Notes under the pieces: generated by a model
The model's input: the letters and a program-made list of their open reading frames with translations, nothing else
What the model was told of the DNA's origin: nothing
Database searches by the model: none
Assembly: GCA_905178155.1 (NCBI GenBank)
Contig: CAJINV010000005.1
Coordinates: 1,924,054-1,988,053 of the forward strand
DNA: 64,000 bases
Source: Amoebophrya sp. A120
Taxonomy: Eukaryota > Protista > Dinoflagellata
Reading direction: 5' to 3'
Translations under genes and position numbers: made by a program
In this document: one piece after another, positions 12,102-25,599 of the stretch
Position numbering within the stretch: position 1 is the first letter of the stretch
Layout: each line of letters starts with the position of its first letter

Positions 12102-14482
12102 TCACAGCAGAACGGAATCGGGCACGGAGCTGAGTGCCACCGGTTCCATGGGGACAAAAGCCCGCTTTTCTTCGTTGGAAAGTCCGATGGTGCTGAGCCC
12201 GACCAAATCGACGTCGGCAGTGACGAAAGAGTTTGGCGGCTGGGGCATGTAGGACCCCATGTTCAGCTGCAGAGACGCCCCCATCTCGGGGCACTGCGTC
12301 GACAGCGCGCCCGTGTACTCCAGTTGCGTCGTGGTGTCCAGGGGCTGTTGCAGTTGCAGGGTGGAACCCATCTCCGGCACCTGGGTCTGCAGCCCCGTGT
12401 ACTCCAGCTTCGAGGGCTGGTCCGACACCGGTTGTATGCCAGCGCCTGATGTGAATACAGAAGATGAAAAATTAAGGCTTAGCGGTTGACCATCCCGATA
12501 ATAACGATAATTTCTTGTCGATTTATTTTGGACAGCAAAAACGAAGCTGTGGCTGTGAATGTAATGCAAAAACAATATAAGTAGCGCAAGCCTCTTCGTC
12601 GGTACTGTGGTAGCTACCACGATGCTGCAGCCAGAAACTGCACTCATAACTGCTTTCTTGAATCTTCTACAGGCCAAAATTGTCTGCACTGGATTGCTCC
12701 ATTGAGAGCCAGGCATCGCACACCAGACGTATCTTTGATGCAACAAAAACAAAGCGCGAGAACAGCAACAGAATAGCTCACTGCTTGGTGTAGTTCTATC
12801 ATGTTAGTTGGCAAAATAAATCTCCGAGGAGACGGCGACAAACAAATTCGTCATAAATTTAGTACTCTATACCTGACAAGATCTTGGACTTCGCCTGCCA
12901 CACCTTGGCCGCAACGTTTGTTGTTAGCACCCGAGGCATAATCTTCCCCGTGTGCGGATATCTGACGTATTGACTCACCACCGGTCGAATCGCTGCTCTT
13001 CGTAGTCTCGCACCCGCGGCGCCTGATAAAGACCAAGTCGTCGATTTGCATAATGAAAGCATCGATTTATTCTGAAATTGTCGTGCCGCAGAGCCTTATG
13101 CATCAAGTCAGCAGTGTAGAAGTTCTTCTAGCGCTTCGATATCAGTAAGACGTTATCTGAGTTCCGTGTTTGAACATCAACTGCAACCGCAACATGAACG
13201 CATACATATTTGTCAGCATCATGAAACCTATAATGTGTAATCAATACCATCCGCAAGCAGGTCTCTGTCCAGGGCACTGGTGGTGCTCATCGCGTCGCCA
13301 CCCGTTGGCGACGACGCGGCGCTGGGCACGGTCATGGGCGCCAGCTGCGGCTGCTATCCTATGTAAAAACGTCCCCACCCCATAGTTGTAATACAGATCT
13401 GCAAACTGAAAACGTTTCTCATGCGGAACCCCATGAGAAGCGTTTTCCCGTCGTATGCTGGAATTTGCAATGCTCCAATCAGCATGACAGGCTAGGTCTG
13501 TGATGCTGCTGAGCAAGCTAAAAAGGATTACACTACGAGGCCAAAGAACCTGTCATGCGCAACAACCAAGGCTGGCTGATTTGTCTAGCAGGTTTCCCAT
13601 CTTGACTATGGGGTGGGGACATTTTTGCTCAGCATAGCTGCCCGAGCAGCTTCATGGACTGAATGCCCGGGACGTGGATGTTCACTTTCGTGATGTCCGC
13701 CGCGGAGGTGTATCGTAAGGAAAAATCCCCCCTCCCACATCGAAAAGAAAATTTGTGATGCTGATTTGTGCCACAAGCTAGCTTTGTCTTGCGTACAAGG
13801 CAAGCGGCACCCATGTGGCGCATTGTACAGCGACTCTGTCATGCGTTTTCGCCTATGTCAGACTTGTTTCTCATGCTCAGCTGCTAGCCGGATGAGCACC
13901 CAAATGGGCTTAGCATATGCCGACAAGCTCCTGCTGCAATACAAAGCTCATTTGCGTACACAAATCCAGCAACACAAAGACAAATTGTCTTTTGAATATG
14001 GGGTGGGGGCTTTTTTCACTGTGATAAGGTGTGCACTTTGACCTGGGAAATCTGCGGGAGGTAAAGACCGTCCACGGACAACAGCTCCCGCGGACCGCAA
14101 ATATCAAATGCAAAAATGTCTGGGTCTGGAAACTTGTGATGCAAATCTACGAATTGTGGGCGCGCTACAATATGCAGCCCAGCATGACAAGTTTTTGCGC
14201 TGCTGTGTCTTTCGTTTTTCGCATGACAAATTGCGTTTTTGCATGACAGGCAAGACGCCCTTTTCCTGCTCATGCATCACAGATTTAAGAATCATGCCAG
14301 ACAAGCATGACAAACTTGCATTCTTCCAGACCCAGACATTTTTACATTTGATAGCAAATGTCCACCAGCAAAACTTTCTTCCCCGCCTGGTCCGACCCTG
14401 CGGCTTGCGGCGCCATCCTGGCTGGCTGGTCTACAGCGTCGCTAGAGCCCCGGGGAATGGCCTGGATGAAGGCGCGGGCCAT
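12102..14482 (-). CDS. Hypothetical protein with a duplicated LEYTG...PEMG..LQL repeat; 3 introners in the 5' part
   Basis: ATG at 14482 (MARAFIQAIP...). The frame stays open across elements 14102, 13711 and 13355 when each is removed with one TSD. The last exon is in ORF 12102..12752. Confidence 0.6.
13355..13636. mobile_element. Introner family B (subfamily 2)
   Basis: TIR ...AAAAACGTCCCCACCCCATAGT; TSD GCTGC/GCTGC. Confidence 0.88.
13711..14026. mobile_element. Introner family C
   Basis: TSD AGGTG/AGGTG; imperfect TIR. Confidence 0.85.
14102..14353. mobile_element. Introner family A (252 bp)
   Basis: TIR TATCAAATGYAAAAATGTCTGGGTCTGGAA; TSD GCAAA/GCAAA. Confidence 0.93.
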
Positions 14483-15592
14483 CGAAGGTTTATCAGATAG
14501 ACTTACGATAGTAGACTCGAGATCGAGAAGAGCTATAGGTTTTTGTCACGACCCTGAAGGACGACGACGAGAACTGGTCTCCAAATGGCTCTAATAATAC
14601 GACGCGTAGATTTAAATAGACGAGAAAGAAGAAAAGGAACGGCAGAAAAATCAAAATCTACAACTTACAGCTTTTTGAAGAATTCACAGAAAATTACTGT
14701 GGGGTTTTTGGGCGACGGGAAATGGAGTTGTCACTGGCTGCAACTGCAAGTAGAACCAATTGGTTCGCGACAGATTTAGACTGCTTAGTTTGGTTGTCCT
14801 CCTCAACATTATCTTTCTACAGCAGTGGACGAACGTAACTACGACATCAAGACGACGACTGACGTGCACCAGTTTGTATCGCACGGCAAAAGTTTCCGGA
14901 GTACAAAGAAAAGACGAATAACGACCGAAGGGACGATAGTCTGTCACCTACTTCAAACGATATAAGTACTACCGAGGTATATTTTTGTTCTACACTGTAA
15001 GTAGTTGCACGGGGTTGAAAAATGATTTTTCTCGCGCAAATATGGAAGAGGGCGGTGATTTCGTTGCTTCATTCGGACGACAAATACGAGCACGACGCAG
15101 AGGACGATTTGCAATTGCAATTTTTGCGCTCACGACTACTTACATCAAAAGACCTCCTACACGAAAAAAAACAGACCGATACCACAAAGACACGTCTCCC
15201 TACTTGGGTTCATTTTTCTTGTCGGTTCTGGGCATCGGACCACAAAGCAGGTTTGGACCACAAAGCATGTTTTGGTATTAGTTTTTGCATTTGGACCACA
15301 AAGCATAACAAGCTTCACTGAGAGGACGAATCGCACTGCGCGAACACTCTCAGCAGAGTGGCACAAGACTTGCCAGAACATCGCACTGTTGCAGATCTTC
15401 TACCTATATATTCTACTGGTGGTGGTGTCTGGCAACTTCGATGACAAAATAAATACGGATTGATATAAATAATCTTCCGCAGGAGTACAACTAGGGCAGC
15501 AGCCACAGCGTGCTTCGTCAGCTTCATCATAGACTACACTTCTCTAATCATCTCACTAAACATACATAGTACCTGAGAAATACGCATACACC

Positions 15593-18390
15593 TTACACCA
15601 TGAGCCGACTGCCAACGATAAAAGCGAGCACTACCGGGCGCAAGACTTGGTTCAGAATGATCTGCGTTTTTTCCCCGAATAAACAATTTCCCTGCAGCGA
15701 GATCCCGCTTGCAACGACGATGACCGCGGCATCTACGGGAAAGAATGCAAGCAAAAGAAAGGCGAATAATTCGAGCAACGAGACAAGAATGTAGCTCCTC
15801 ATTGGTGGGCGGGTTTTCGCTACCGAAATAGAAGTAGCTCTGCGTTCTTTATTCGTTGTCCCTGTTCGTGGGAGCAGGACCGCTTCACTTGATGCTGTTG
15901 ACAACACCTCGTGCAACTCCTCCTCGCGGTCAAAAACGTCGGAATAGTAGTTCGACAAAGTAGAAGACGCAGCAGCTGCTCGTCCCATAGTTGAAGCAAG
16001 ATTCATCTCCCGGATTTGGTTTTCGAGGATCGGCAGCCCCGTGAGTAGCTTCTCCTTATGCATTGCAAGTATGTCTGGGTCTGGAAAATTGCGAGATTTG
16101 TATTTTTGTCGAGCTTCCTCGTATCTATTATACTCCTGAACTCTGTGATGCATGTTGTGGAATAGCTCTTCCCTGTGTCGTGCAAAAACGCGATCTCTTA
16201 TGCGAGTTACGCACAACATAAAAACTGCTCAGAAATTTCTGATGCGTCGCTGCGTATTGGAATCAGTTTGTGATGTTGCATGTGTTGGCATGAAAGGTAG
16301 TTTCCAGAGGACCCAGACTGCATATTTGCAATGCATATTCCTTTCTCGCGAACGATTTTTCCAGCGCTTCCCTCATCGCATTCTTTTTCCCGTCCTCCAC
16401 TTTCTTCACACCCACCCCACTGGAAATCAACTTGGTGGAGACCATCTGATGTGGGTTTGATGCTGTTTGTGTTCCACCTCCATCTTGTTCATCATCCCCC
16501 ACACAGGAAGGCCCGCCGTCGTATCCAGGAAAAAACACCCATCCCCATCCATTTTTTGCATCACAAATAGTGGATTTTATGCATGTTTTGCGTGACAAAT
16601 TGGATGGGGATGGGTGTTTTTTTCCTGGATACGTCGTCCCACAAATCAACTAAAATTTTCATCACTCTCGGGGCCTTCCCTTGCACAAACACCGAGGCCT
16701 CGGAGGGTCGATTTTTCGTCCCCTCGTAGGCGATGGTCAAGTCAATAAAGTTCACCAACTTCGTTGCCAGCACGGCGGTGTTTTTCGCAGTAGTCGCCTT
16801 GTGCACCCCGTCCTGAATCGCCAAAATGCCAGCGGACCGCGGATACAGAACGCGCAGCCAGAGAGATGGGCGAAGCGCAGCAGGAGCTCCCGCTGGTCGT
16901 CCGCCTGGGGTCGTGGCGTCGTCTAGTAGTTCTTGCGCTGCTGGTCGTGTCTTTTGCTGAAACGCGATCGATCTTTCAAGGTTTGTGACACTGCAGTCCG
17001 TGCCTTCCGGAAAGATCAGGACGGTCGTGCCGCTATTTGTACCTGTTGGACTTGTTGTTTTTGACGTAGAAGAAGTAGTCGATAACTCCCTCTGCAAATT
17101 GCCCTCGATCGTTTGCAAGTCCCCCTCTCGGTCGTTTCTCTTCAGTGTGATAAACCGCATGGCCCGGCACGCCCAGCCCATAATTGGAATGTGATCGAGC
17201 GACTTGTGGATGATTTTCAACTTGGAAAGCGCCAATGGGTTTTGCTTTTCGATAGAGTTCTCCATCATCCCGTAATCGAGTTCCCCCATTTTATTTCCGG
17301 GTCCACCTCTAGAAGATGAAAATAAAGACAGGAACACCCAGAGAAACATCCAGTCCAGCCTCGTTTGGTGGTTGCAGAGGAGAATCGAGTTTTTCGCCTT
17401 TGCTTTCTCCAGCAACTGCCGCAGATCGGTACGTTTCCTCGTGTAGACCCGTAGCTCCAGGCCCATCACGTCGTGCAATAGGCACGCAATGAAGCCCAGA
17501 ATCGTGGTCTTGCAGAAGTCGGCTATTACTCTCTTCCTGTGTTGGGAAACGGAAGTGGAAGAGGACGTCGAGAGGAACAGGTTCAGGGGGCCGAGAATGA
17601 AAAAACATGTTAAAATCTATCAAATGCAAAAATGTCTGGGTCTGGGAGATTCTGAGACTTGTCATGCATATTTTGCATGACCCAGGATGTCTGTAATGCG
17701 CGACCTAGCATTACAGATTTTTAGAGGGCTTCCTGATGCCTACTCCGCATGACAAACGCCCTCCCCGCGTAGCACAAACTAGACTCCTCTTGCTGGTCAT
17801 GCAATACAAATTTTTTCAGAGTCCAAAGTTAGCATCACAAGTTCCAACCTTCCAGACCCAGACATTTTTACACTTGATAAAATCAGCGGTTGAACAATTC
17901 CGAGGATTAAAAGCACGCGAAGGGGGAGGGAGAGTATGGGAGTGTCAGAATCGAAATCGACAAAGTCGAAAAGTTTGTGATGCATAAAATGTAGGGCACG
18001 TATGGCCTGTGTTGGGGAGCAGGCAAAAGAGAGCGACTGCGAGGCTGTTTAGGGGAAGGAGATGCGCTGCCAGAGTAGCATGACAGGAGCGGTCTTCTTT
18101 GCCCGAACAGCATTACAAACTGGATTTTGGTGCTCCCGAAAATTGTCATGCGCCACTTGGCAACTGAGGGTCCAAGTGGTATCGATTTCATGCATCACAA
18201 ATTATTTCGATTTTGTTGATTTCGATCCTGACGCTTCCATAGAGAGCACGTTTTCTTTATTGTCGTCCTTGGATCTTCGTCGTGCTGGTGATGCGAAGGC
18301 ACTCGCATCGTCCCCTCCTGCTGCTCTCTGCTGCTGCTGTTCCGCCAGACGCTGGGCGAGCGCCTTGTACCCCTTAGCTTCCTGCTTCAT
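15593..18390 (-). CDS. Lysophospholipid acyltransferase (LPAAT/LCLAT1-like, PlsC family)
   Basis: Motif I NHQTRLDW (NHxxxxD), motif III FPEGT, and N- and C-terminal TM segments. All 4 visible introns are introners. Confidence 0.88.
16057..16337. mobile_element. Introner family A'
   Basis: TATGCATTGCAA...TTGCAATGCATA; TSD CTCCT/TTCCT (synonymous difference). Confidence 0.85.
16522..16631. mobile_element. Minimal 110-bp introner (family G)
   Basis: About 30-bp TIR TATCCAGGAAAAAACACCCATCCCCATCCA; TSD CGTCG/CGTCG. Confidence 0.9.
17618..17879. mobile_element. Introner family A
   Basis: Family A TIR; TSD AAATC/AAATC. Confidence 0.92.
17935..18241. mobile_element. Introner family E
   Basis: TIR TATGG.AG.GTCAG.ATCGAAATC.ACAAA; TSD GAGAG/GAGAG. 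Confidence 0.9.
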
Positions 18391-19403
18391 CTTTCTTGAA
18401 CTTAGAGTTTAGGAGTTTCTTTGCGTTGGTTTTTTATACCAGATCCAGAACAAAAATCAAAGGGGGATAAGAGAGAGGGAAAGGGTTGCACGTAAAGATA
18501 AATTGACCAGACGGACTGATACTCAACAACTGAAATTGCGTCCTTGGACTGAAGAAAGGTTGAGAAGTAGACTTCTTTTTGGTCCTTAGTTCTGCTGCCA
18601 TGAGTACAAGCTGCCTTTCTTGCACCAGAATTCTGCATTTGGTCGTTTTTCTTCTTCCGAGCAAATACACGATGGCAAGGTCCTCTGCAGGTGTGTATAG
18701 AGTGGTCGACTCCAAGTCGGATGCACCTTTTTCAACATTCTGAAAATCTACCGGATCCGAGTTCATTCTTCTACGACCGAAACCGATGAGGATCAACATC
18801 AATAAGACCGGAAAATATTAAAGTCGTCAACGACACACATCCGAATCAGAAAAATTGATGCACCACCGACGGAAGCGTCGCTGAAAGCGCCACCACATCA
18901 TCACTGTGCCTAGTTGTACGAGATCATTTTTTGAAAACGCGGAGTCCTCTCGCAAGTACTATGGTGGATCTCGTTCCATGGAACTTCGGCCGCCACGGCC
19001 TAGTTGTAGTTGTATGTAAAAATTCAAGAATTTTTCATTTGCTTTGTGGTTTTCAGACTGTATTCGTTTCTAGAAAAAGTTGTACTTGAGTTCTCTGAGT
19101 TTCGTCAGAATAAAGAAAAGCTCTGAAAGATGCTGGGCAGACAATAATGCCGCAACATCCTCGGACGAAATGTCGATACGTGATGTGCGTCGTGAAAATA
19201 GGCCGACGCATCATGCGATCAAAGATCCGAAACTTGTTTTTCCTGTTGCAGACACATAGCAGTGGTCGTGCTGGAAGCTAAATTCTTTGAAACACGAAAG
19301 GTAAAAAGAAAAACCCCACAACTCTGGATGATGAAACAATCATTTATTTCATGTTCAGTAGAAGAACTAACATATTTTCAATGTCACCGATCATTTACAT
19401 TTG

Positions 19404-22400
19404 TCACAGCGGATCCTTCCCGATCTCGTCCAGCGCCAGTTTTTGCGACGTCCCCGCCCTCCCCCGATCCTCCAAGTGCCCCCCGAGCATCGCCCACCGC
19501 AGCCCGGACAGCACGGCTTGCCCGCAGAGGGCGGGAGACACTGCCACGGCCTCCGCGTACAGGTATTTCTGCAGGTACTGCAGGAGCTTTTTCGCCGGCT
19601 GGCCGAAGGTTTTGTGGTTGTCGTTCTGCACTATTTCCATCCGCCTACCGACTTCAAACGGCGATTGCACCGCACCGACCACTGTCGTGATATTATTGTT
19701 AAGCATGGAATGGTTATATCATTATCAATGCAATTACTTGCCGATACTTCTAGGGCACTTGATGCATTAGCAGTTGACTAAAACACTTTAGCACGTCGTC
19801 GTGGTCACGAAATGCACAGCACAGTGTTGCCAAGACTGCTTCAATTGTCCGATGGCACAGAAAAACCAAAAGCAAAAATCAAACAGTACTTTAGTAAAAA
19901 TAAATCTACCTGGCCCCCCGACGTCCTGGCTGGTTGTCTGCAACACTGTGAAGAAGTCTTTCGACAACAACTGCCTTAACCCGCCCGAGGGTCCGAACCG
20001 CAACGCTACGTAGTTAAAAACCTCCGCGAGCGTCCAGCTCCGCAAATGTATCCCAGGGCACAACTTGTTCCCCCTCCTGGTTCGTCCCTCTTGTGTGCGA
20101 GGCATGAATAGGAGCGCAGAGTAGAGAACGGCAGACCTCTCTCTCTTCTACATGAGCGATGTATGACGTGTACTACAAGGCTGGACCTGCAGATTTAGAG
20201 CGGGAATTTCTATTTTTGTTGCCATTTTGCATTATACAAAGGAACGGCAGGGACGAGGCGTCGAGTTGTGCACCACTTTCATAGCCCGCGCGTCTGTTGC
20301 GTACGGTAACAGCCCAGAAGTGCTAGTGGCCTCCAAGATGAATTTCAAGGCGGGTTTGGTGAGCACCAGAAGGTTTTTGATCCGCTGCGCTTCTGCAACG
20401 CCGAGGTGGGTCTGAAGGTATGTGTTCAACGCAAGTTCGTCTTGGGCAGAAAGATTTTGATTTGGTTTTTCTTGCCCAGCGGAGAAAGATGAAGAAGCAG
20501 GTGGTGCTTTTTTACTAGAAGGAACTGCACCAGTAGACGTGGCACTAGTACTAGAAGTGCGAGGACCATTTCCAACTATTTTGATGTCCTCGGGGTTGTA
20601 GTAGTACAGGTGCAACGTTTTGACATTCCGACTCAACAACTCCAGTTCCGCAAAGAAAAGCTCATGTTTCTCCACGAAAAACTGGTTCTTCTCGAACCCC
20701 GCCAAGTAGCTCTGTGCCGCGGCGTCCGCGTTGTAAAGGTTTCCGGCTTTGTCCGCGGATGCGATGATTTTTGCGACGTTGTGCAACGCAATGTCCTGCA
20801 GTAAGGCTGTGGATTTCCCACAAACCTCCGGTCCGGCGATGTTGACCAAGAACTTGTTGCCCGGCGAAGATGTTGACCAAGAATCTTCTCCACCGCTCCT
20901 TGGATCTTCAACAGCAGATGCCAAGACAGAAAAGTTGGTATTTATTTCCGGCGCTTTTGATAATTCGTCACCCGCATTTCTAGATAGGGGGTGTTCATCA
21001 TGATCGTCTCTATTCCTCATCGTTCTTTGTTCCGCAAACGTGACAAACTTGTCTGTGGCTACGTGGTGCAGATTCAACGGTCGATGTTCTCCTACCCGCA
21101 CAACCGCGTGTTGGACATCGCCTTCCGGTGCAGCCCGCCTGGGAAGCGGTAATGAATTTTTTTCTTTACTTGTTGTGCTACCGTCCTTCTTGTCTTGTAT
21201 GGTCAATGTTGTCCTCCCGGTTGTTGCATCTGATCTTTTCTTTTGTTCAAACACGATTTCCAGTTGCTCCAACGAGTTCTCGAACAAAACCGAGGACACC
21301 CACCGCTCGAGATCTTCGCTGTCCTGTCGGTACTCCTGAAACTCGGGCGCAGATTTAAACAGCGCCGAGCGCAGCCGGGCGGGCGAGGAGGAGGCGTCCA
21401 GGTCTTCGATGTGGAGACTTTGTAGAATCTTGGAAAGCACCACCTCGACGAACCGCCCCGCGAAAATCAGGTCGGTAAACGCGGAGTGGAGCTTGGTCTC
21501 CGCGAGGTCGTGTTGTGATATCAAATACAAAAATGTCTGGGTCTGGAAACTTGTGATGCTGAATGGTGTATCATGATGAAGCCACAAGTGCTGGCTCAGC
21601 ATGGCAAGTTTCTGAGCTTCTAGGTGTTGCCTATTCTGCATGACAAACTGCGTTCCTGCATGACAGAAAAATGGAGCGCTTGTGTAACGTGCATGACAGA
21701 TTCAAGAATCATGCCAGACAAGCATGACAAACATGCATTCTTCCAGACCCAGACATTGTTGCACTTGATATGTGAAAAATCGTCACGATCTACTTCTCTG
21801 TGCTGTAGTTGTGCTCCTGTCCCCCGCTGCTGCGAAGCCGCATTTATTTTCAAAGTGCTCCTTCTCGGCTGATAAAAGTGATTATCGACCAACGCTCGAG
21901 AGAGCGCAACATCCTCGTTGATCTGCAGCATTTGCATTTGCTCCTGCTCTCGGCCGCTCTCTATGTTGATAGTATCCGTGGTTGCGTCCTCGTCCCGTAA
22001 AGCTCCACGACCTCGAGGCGGAACAAGTAGATCATTTTGATAGTGAACAACATCATCTACCAAGTCCGGCAACGCGTTTTGCCTCAAGTAGCGGTCCCAG
22101 TGCTGGTCCAGAGCTTTCATCTGCGCGACGGTCGCCGCACTGTCCTCCAGTGTGTCGTCCGACCCGGACTTCATCCAACTGAACAGCTGCATCCAGTGCC
22201 GCAACTGCTTCGCGGCTTCCTCGGCTGCACCACTCCCGGGTTGTTCACCTTGAGCAACAAAGGAGTTTTGCATTTCCCCCACGAACCCGTTGTCGTTGTC
22301 TACGACACTGCTAGTACTCCCTCCGCTTGATGCTGATGAAGATGGTTGTTGTGCAAGCCGTGCCGTGGTGACCCAGGGAAACAGGACGCTTTCGTATAAC

Positions 22401-25400
22401 GTTCTGAACCCGTTCCTCCCAAACACCTCGGAAAATTCCGCCAGATCGGACCAGGCCGACTGCAGCTTCGCAAACTGCTCTGCATTCACCTTGGTGCGGT
22501 CATCCTGCTGTATCGCGGCTGCCGCGAGGTACGAAGACTGCGGCTCGTCGTGGCTGATGTTCTTTCGCTGTGAAGATGATGTGCTCGTCGTGTCAGGTCG
22601 ATGTTGCGAAGAGGTTGAGCCTGCTCCCCTCGTCCCACCAGCGTCATCTTCTTCCGCCGCTTTTGCACGAGGAGCCCCCTTGATGCTCCACGGATTTGGG
22701 TTCATGGTTCGCGCGAACGCAGTGGCCGCGACAGAAGGGTAGTTGTTCAAGCGCGTGTTCGCTTCCCCAGCTCCGGCTCCGAAGGGGAAGTTTAGATTTC
22801 CTCCTGTACCCAACATGGAAGAGGATAACGCGTGGACCAACTGCTGCCCACCGGGCGACTGGACGAAGCAGGCGCCCCCGATGGCCGCCGTCAGACCGGT
22901 CAGCCCTACGGCCGCCCGCTTCAGCAGCGACGGCCTCTTGAGACACTTCTCGATCGGAGAAGTGGGTGGATTAGGAGCATCGTCGTGATTATCTCGTTCG
23001 AACTGGTTATGGATATGGTTGTAATGGTCATAATGTCGGGTGGAAGTGGGAGAAGATGTTGATCTGTTGACCACATTATGATCTTCGTCCTCTAACCCAC
23101 TCGGACAGTGCTGGTACCAACAGGTACTCCTAAACGCGTCCAGAGTTGTACAACTGCCCCAAGTGGAATTATCTTCTCGTCCCGCACCAAGGTTGGTGTA
23201 GAAGTCGCCGCACAACCTCCCCCGGAGCTCCGGCGACGAACCCGTTCCCGGATCGTTGTCGTTTTCGCTCCAAACCGTGCCGCTATCAAATGCAAAAACG
23301 TCTGGGTCTGGAAGGTTGGAACTTGTGATGCTACCTTGGGACTCTAAAAAAATCTGCATTGCATGACCACCAGCAAGAGGAGTCTAGTTTGTGCTACGCG
23401 GAGAGGGCATTTGTCATGCGGAGTAGGCATCAGGAAGCCCTCTAAAAATCTGTGACGCTAAGACGCGCATTACAGACATCCTGGCCCTGGCCCTGGGTCA
23501 TGCAAAATATGCATGACAAACCCGGCAACATTCCAGACCAAGACATTTTTGCATTTGATAGCCGCAGCTCTCCGTCGACTGCGTCAACCGGTTGCTACTT
23601 CCGTAGTTACTGGCCCCCGCAAGGGTGCTGGACTCGATCGGGGAGCTTTCTACCGCGCGACCTCCCCGCAACATGGAAGAGGGTCCTCGTGCAAGAGTTG
23701 TGCCACGAGATGGACCTCCGAGCCGCGGCAGTCCAAAACAGGGGTCCGATGTAATCATCCCCAGTGCTCCGTCGTCCCCACCAAGGCTGTCTTGCGAGGC
23801 CGTCAGGACGATTCCTCCGTCTGAGAGATACTGTCTTGGCGAAATGTAGCCGTCGTGGCTATTTGATGGGTCATGGTAGAAGTTGTCGATAAGAGCATCC
23901 GTCCGCACACTCGACATTGTGTTGAAAGTGCTGCCGTTTTCTCCTGGTATGATGACATCGGGTAACCGCAGCCCGCTACGAGGCTGTGATTGATGTTGTA
24001 GGTCGCGCTGCTGCCCTCCTGCTCCAGAAATGGTTCCTGTGCCACCTCCTCCCGAGCTCCGACTATCCCCCCGACCTTCCTCGCCCACACTCAGTTGCAT
24101 CTTCGATTCGCGGCTGTTTTCGGAGAACGCGTTGCTTCGGCTGGAAAGGATGTCCTCGTTATCAAATGTAAAAATGTCTGGGTCTGGAAGAATGCATGTT
24201 TGTCATGCTTGTCTGGCATGACTCTTAAATCTGTCCTACACGTTGCCCAAGAGCTCCATTTTTCTGTGATGCAAGAACGCAGTTTGTCATGCAGAATAGG
24301 CAACACCTAGAAGCTCAGAAACTTGTCATGCTGAGCCAGCATTTGTGGCCTCATCATGAGACGCCACCCAGCATCACAAGTTTCCAGACCCAGACATTTT
24401 TACATTTGATACTCGTCCGGGTTTTCCAATAGTTGCAAGTGCGGCAGCTGCGTCGACCCAAACATCAGACCACCCCCCTCTGTCGAGAGATTCAAGGAAT
24501 TCAGACTCGCGATCGGCCGCTCTCGAGAGCCAGTACTTCTAGTACTGCTCATCATCATCGATTCGCGGTCGCGGGAGGAAAATCGGCTGGACAAGGAGGA
24601 AAACAACTCTCCTCCGCCTTGGTGTGCACCACCATGGGTCGGCGAGAGCAAGCTGTTCGTGCTGTCCAGCTGTGTGAACCTCGACAAGCTCTCATCCGGC
24701 AATTGCGTGGACACGCCAGACTCGGTGAGCAAGTGCCCGCTGCCGTGTGTAGTCGAGGAGGTTTTCCGGAGGTGGTGCTTCAGGGAAGTAGACTTGTCCG
24801 GCGACTGTCGCAGCAGAGACCCGAGGCTCACACCTTCGCTTGGCACCTGCAGGTGGTGCTGCTGAAAGCTGTGCTTTGTTTTTTTCTGCGAAGACGACGA
24901 AGTTCCTCGGCTGCTCCGTCGGTGTTGCATTGCTTGGGCCGAGGCCGAACTCGAAGAACTTTCGCCGAAAAACGACCGTTCCCCCGGGGGGAGGGCTGCA
25001 TGAAGATCTTGGTGCGGTGGTCCCACATTTAGTGATGTAGTCCCCAACTGCTCAAAGTCACTCCAGCTGCCGAACCCGGAGCTGCTTCTCCGCGACAGCT
25101 GCAGCGGGTGCGCGCGGGCGGGCGCCGGCGGCGGTCTGGAACTGGACGTCGCCTCGTGAAGATCTTCTCGCGGTTGCAGCAGTCGAAATGGGTGTTGGCT
25201 GCCAGCACTGGGGCTTGATCTACTCTGCGACAATTCCGATGGGGAAAAGTCCTGGTCCGGGCCATGGGAGGAGAGCTGAATGGCGAAAGCGGCGCCCAGA
25301 TTGGAAAACATAAACGAACCACCAAAGATGACCAACAAAAATGCTGAACAAATTGCCCCTCCCGGAACAGGTGATGATGAAATCATAGACAGCTGCCTGC

Positions 25401-25599
25401 AGGTGATAGTACTAGTTGTGCCCGTCGCAGCACGACACAACTGTTTCACAAACTTGTTCCTGCGCCAAGACCTCCAAAGAAGTGGCAAGAACAGAAAAAC
25501 GACCTCCGACATCTTCACTTTTCCATGGAAACTACTTTCATTCGCTCCCATAACCACGGACAGGAGTATGGGCCCCTGTTTCCTCAGTGACAAGGACAA
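19404..25599 (-). CDS. Large hypothetical Ser-rich protein assembled from 5-6 ORF pieces
   Basis: ORFs 24400..25599, 23498..24100, 21620..23359, 20232..21641 and 19788..20105 join in frame after removing introners 24160, 23284, 21519 and 20049. Last exon is in ORF 19404..19706. Confidence 0.7.
20049..20283. mobile_element. Degenerate introner family F, TSD diverged
   Basis: GCACAACT/AGTTGTGC inverted-repeat remnants; removing the element plus 5 bp restores the frame. Confidence 0.6.
21519..21770. mobile_element. Introner family A (252 bp)
   Basis: TSD TGTGA/TGTGA; closely similar to copies at 59540, 24160 and 46743. Confidence 0.93.
23284..23560. mobile_element. Introner family A
   Basis: TSD GCCGC/GCCGC; body resembles copy 17618 in the opposite orientation. 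Confidence 0.92.
24160..24411. mobile_element. Introner family A (252 bp, opposite orientation to 21519)
   Basis: TSD CTCGT/CTCGT. Confidence 0.93.

Noticed and set aside
14102-14353. Reading the elements as Tc1/mariner MITEs with a TA target duplication
   Set aside because: A variable 5-bp duplication lies outside the TA in nearly every copy, and frames are restored by removing the TA-inclusive element plus 5 bp.
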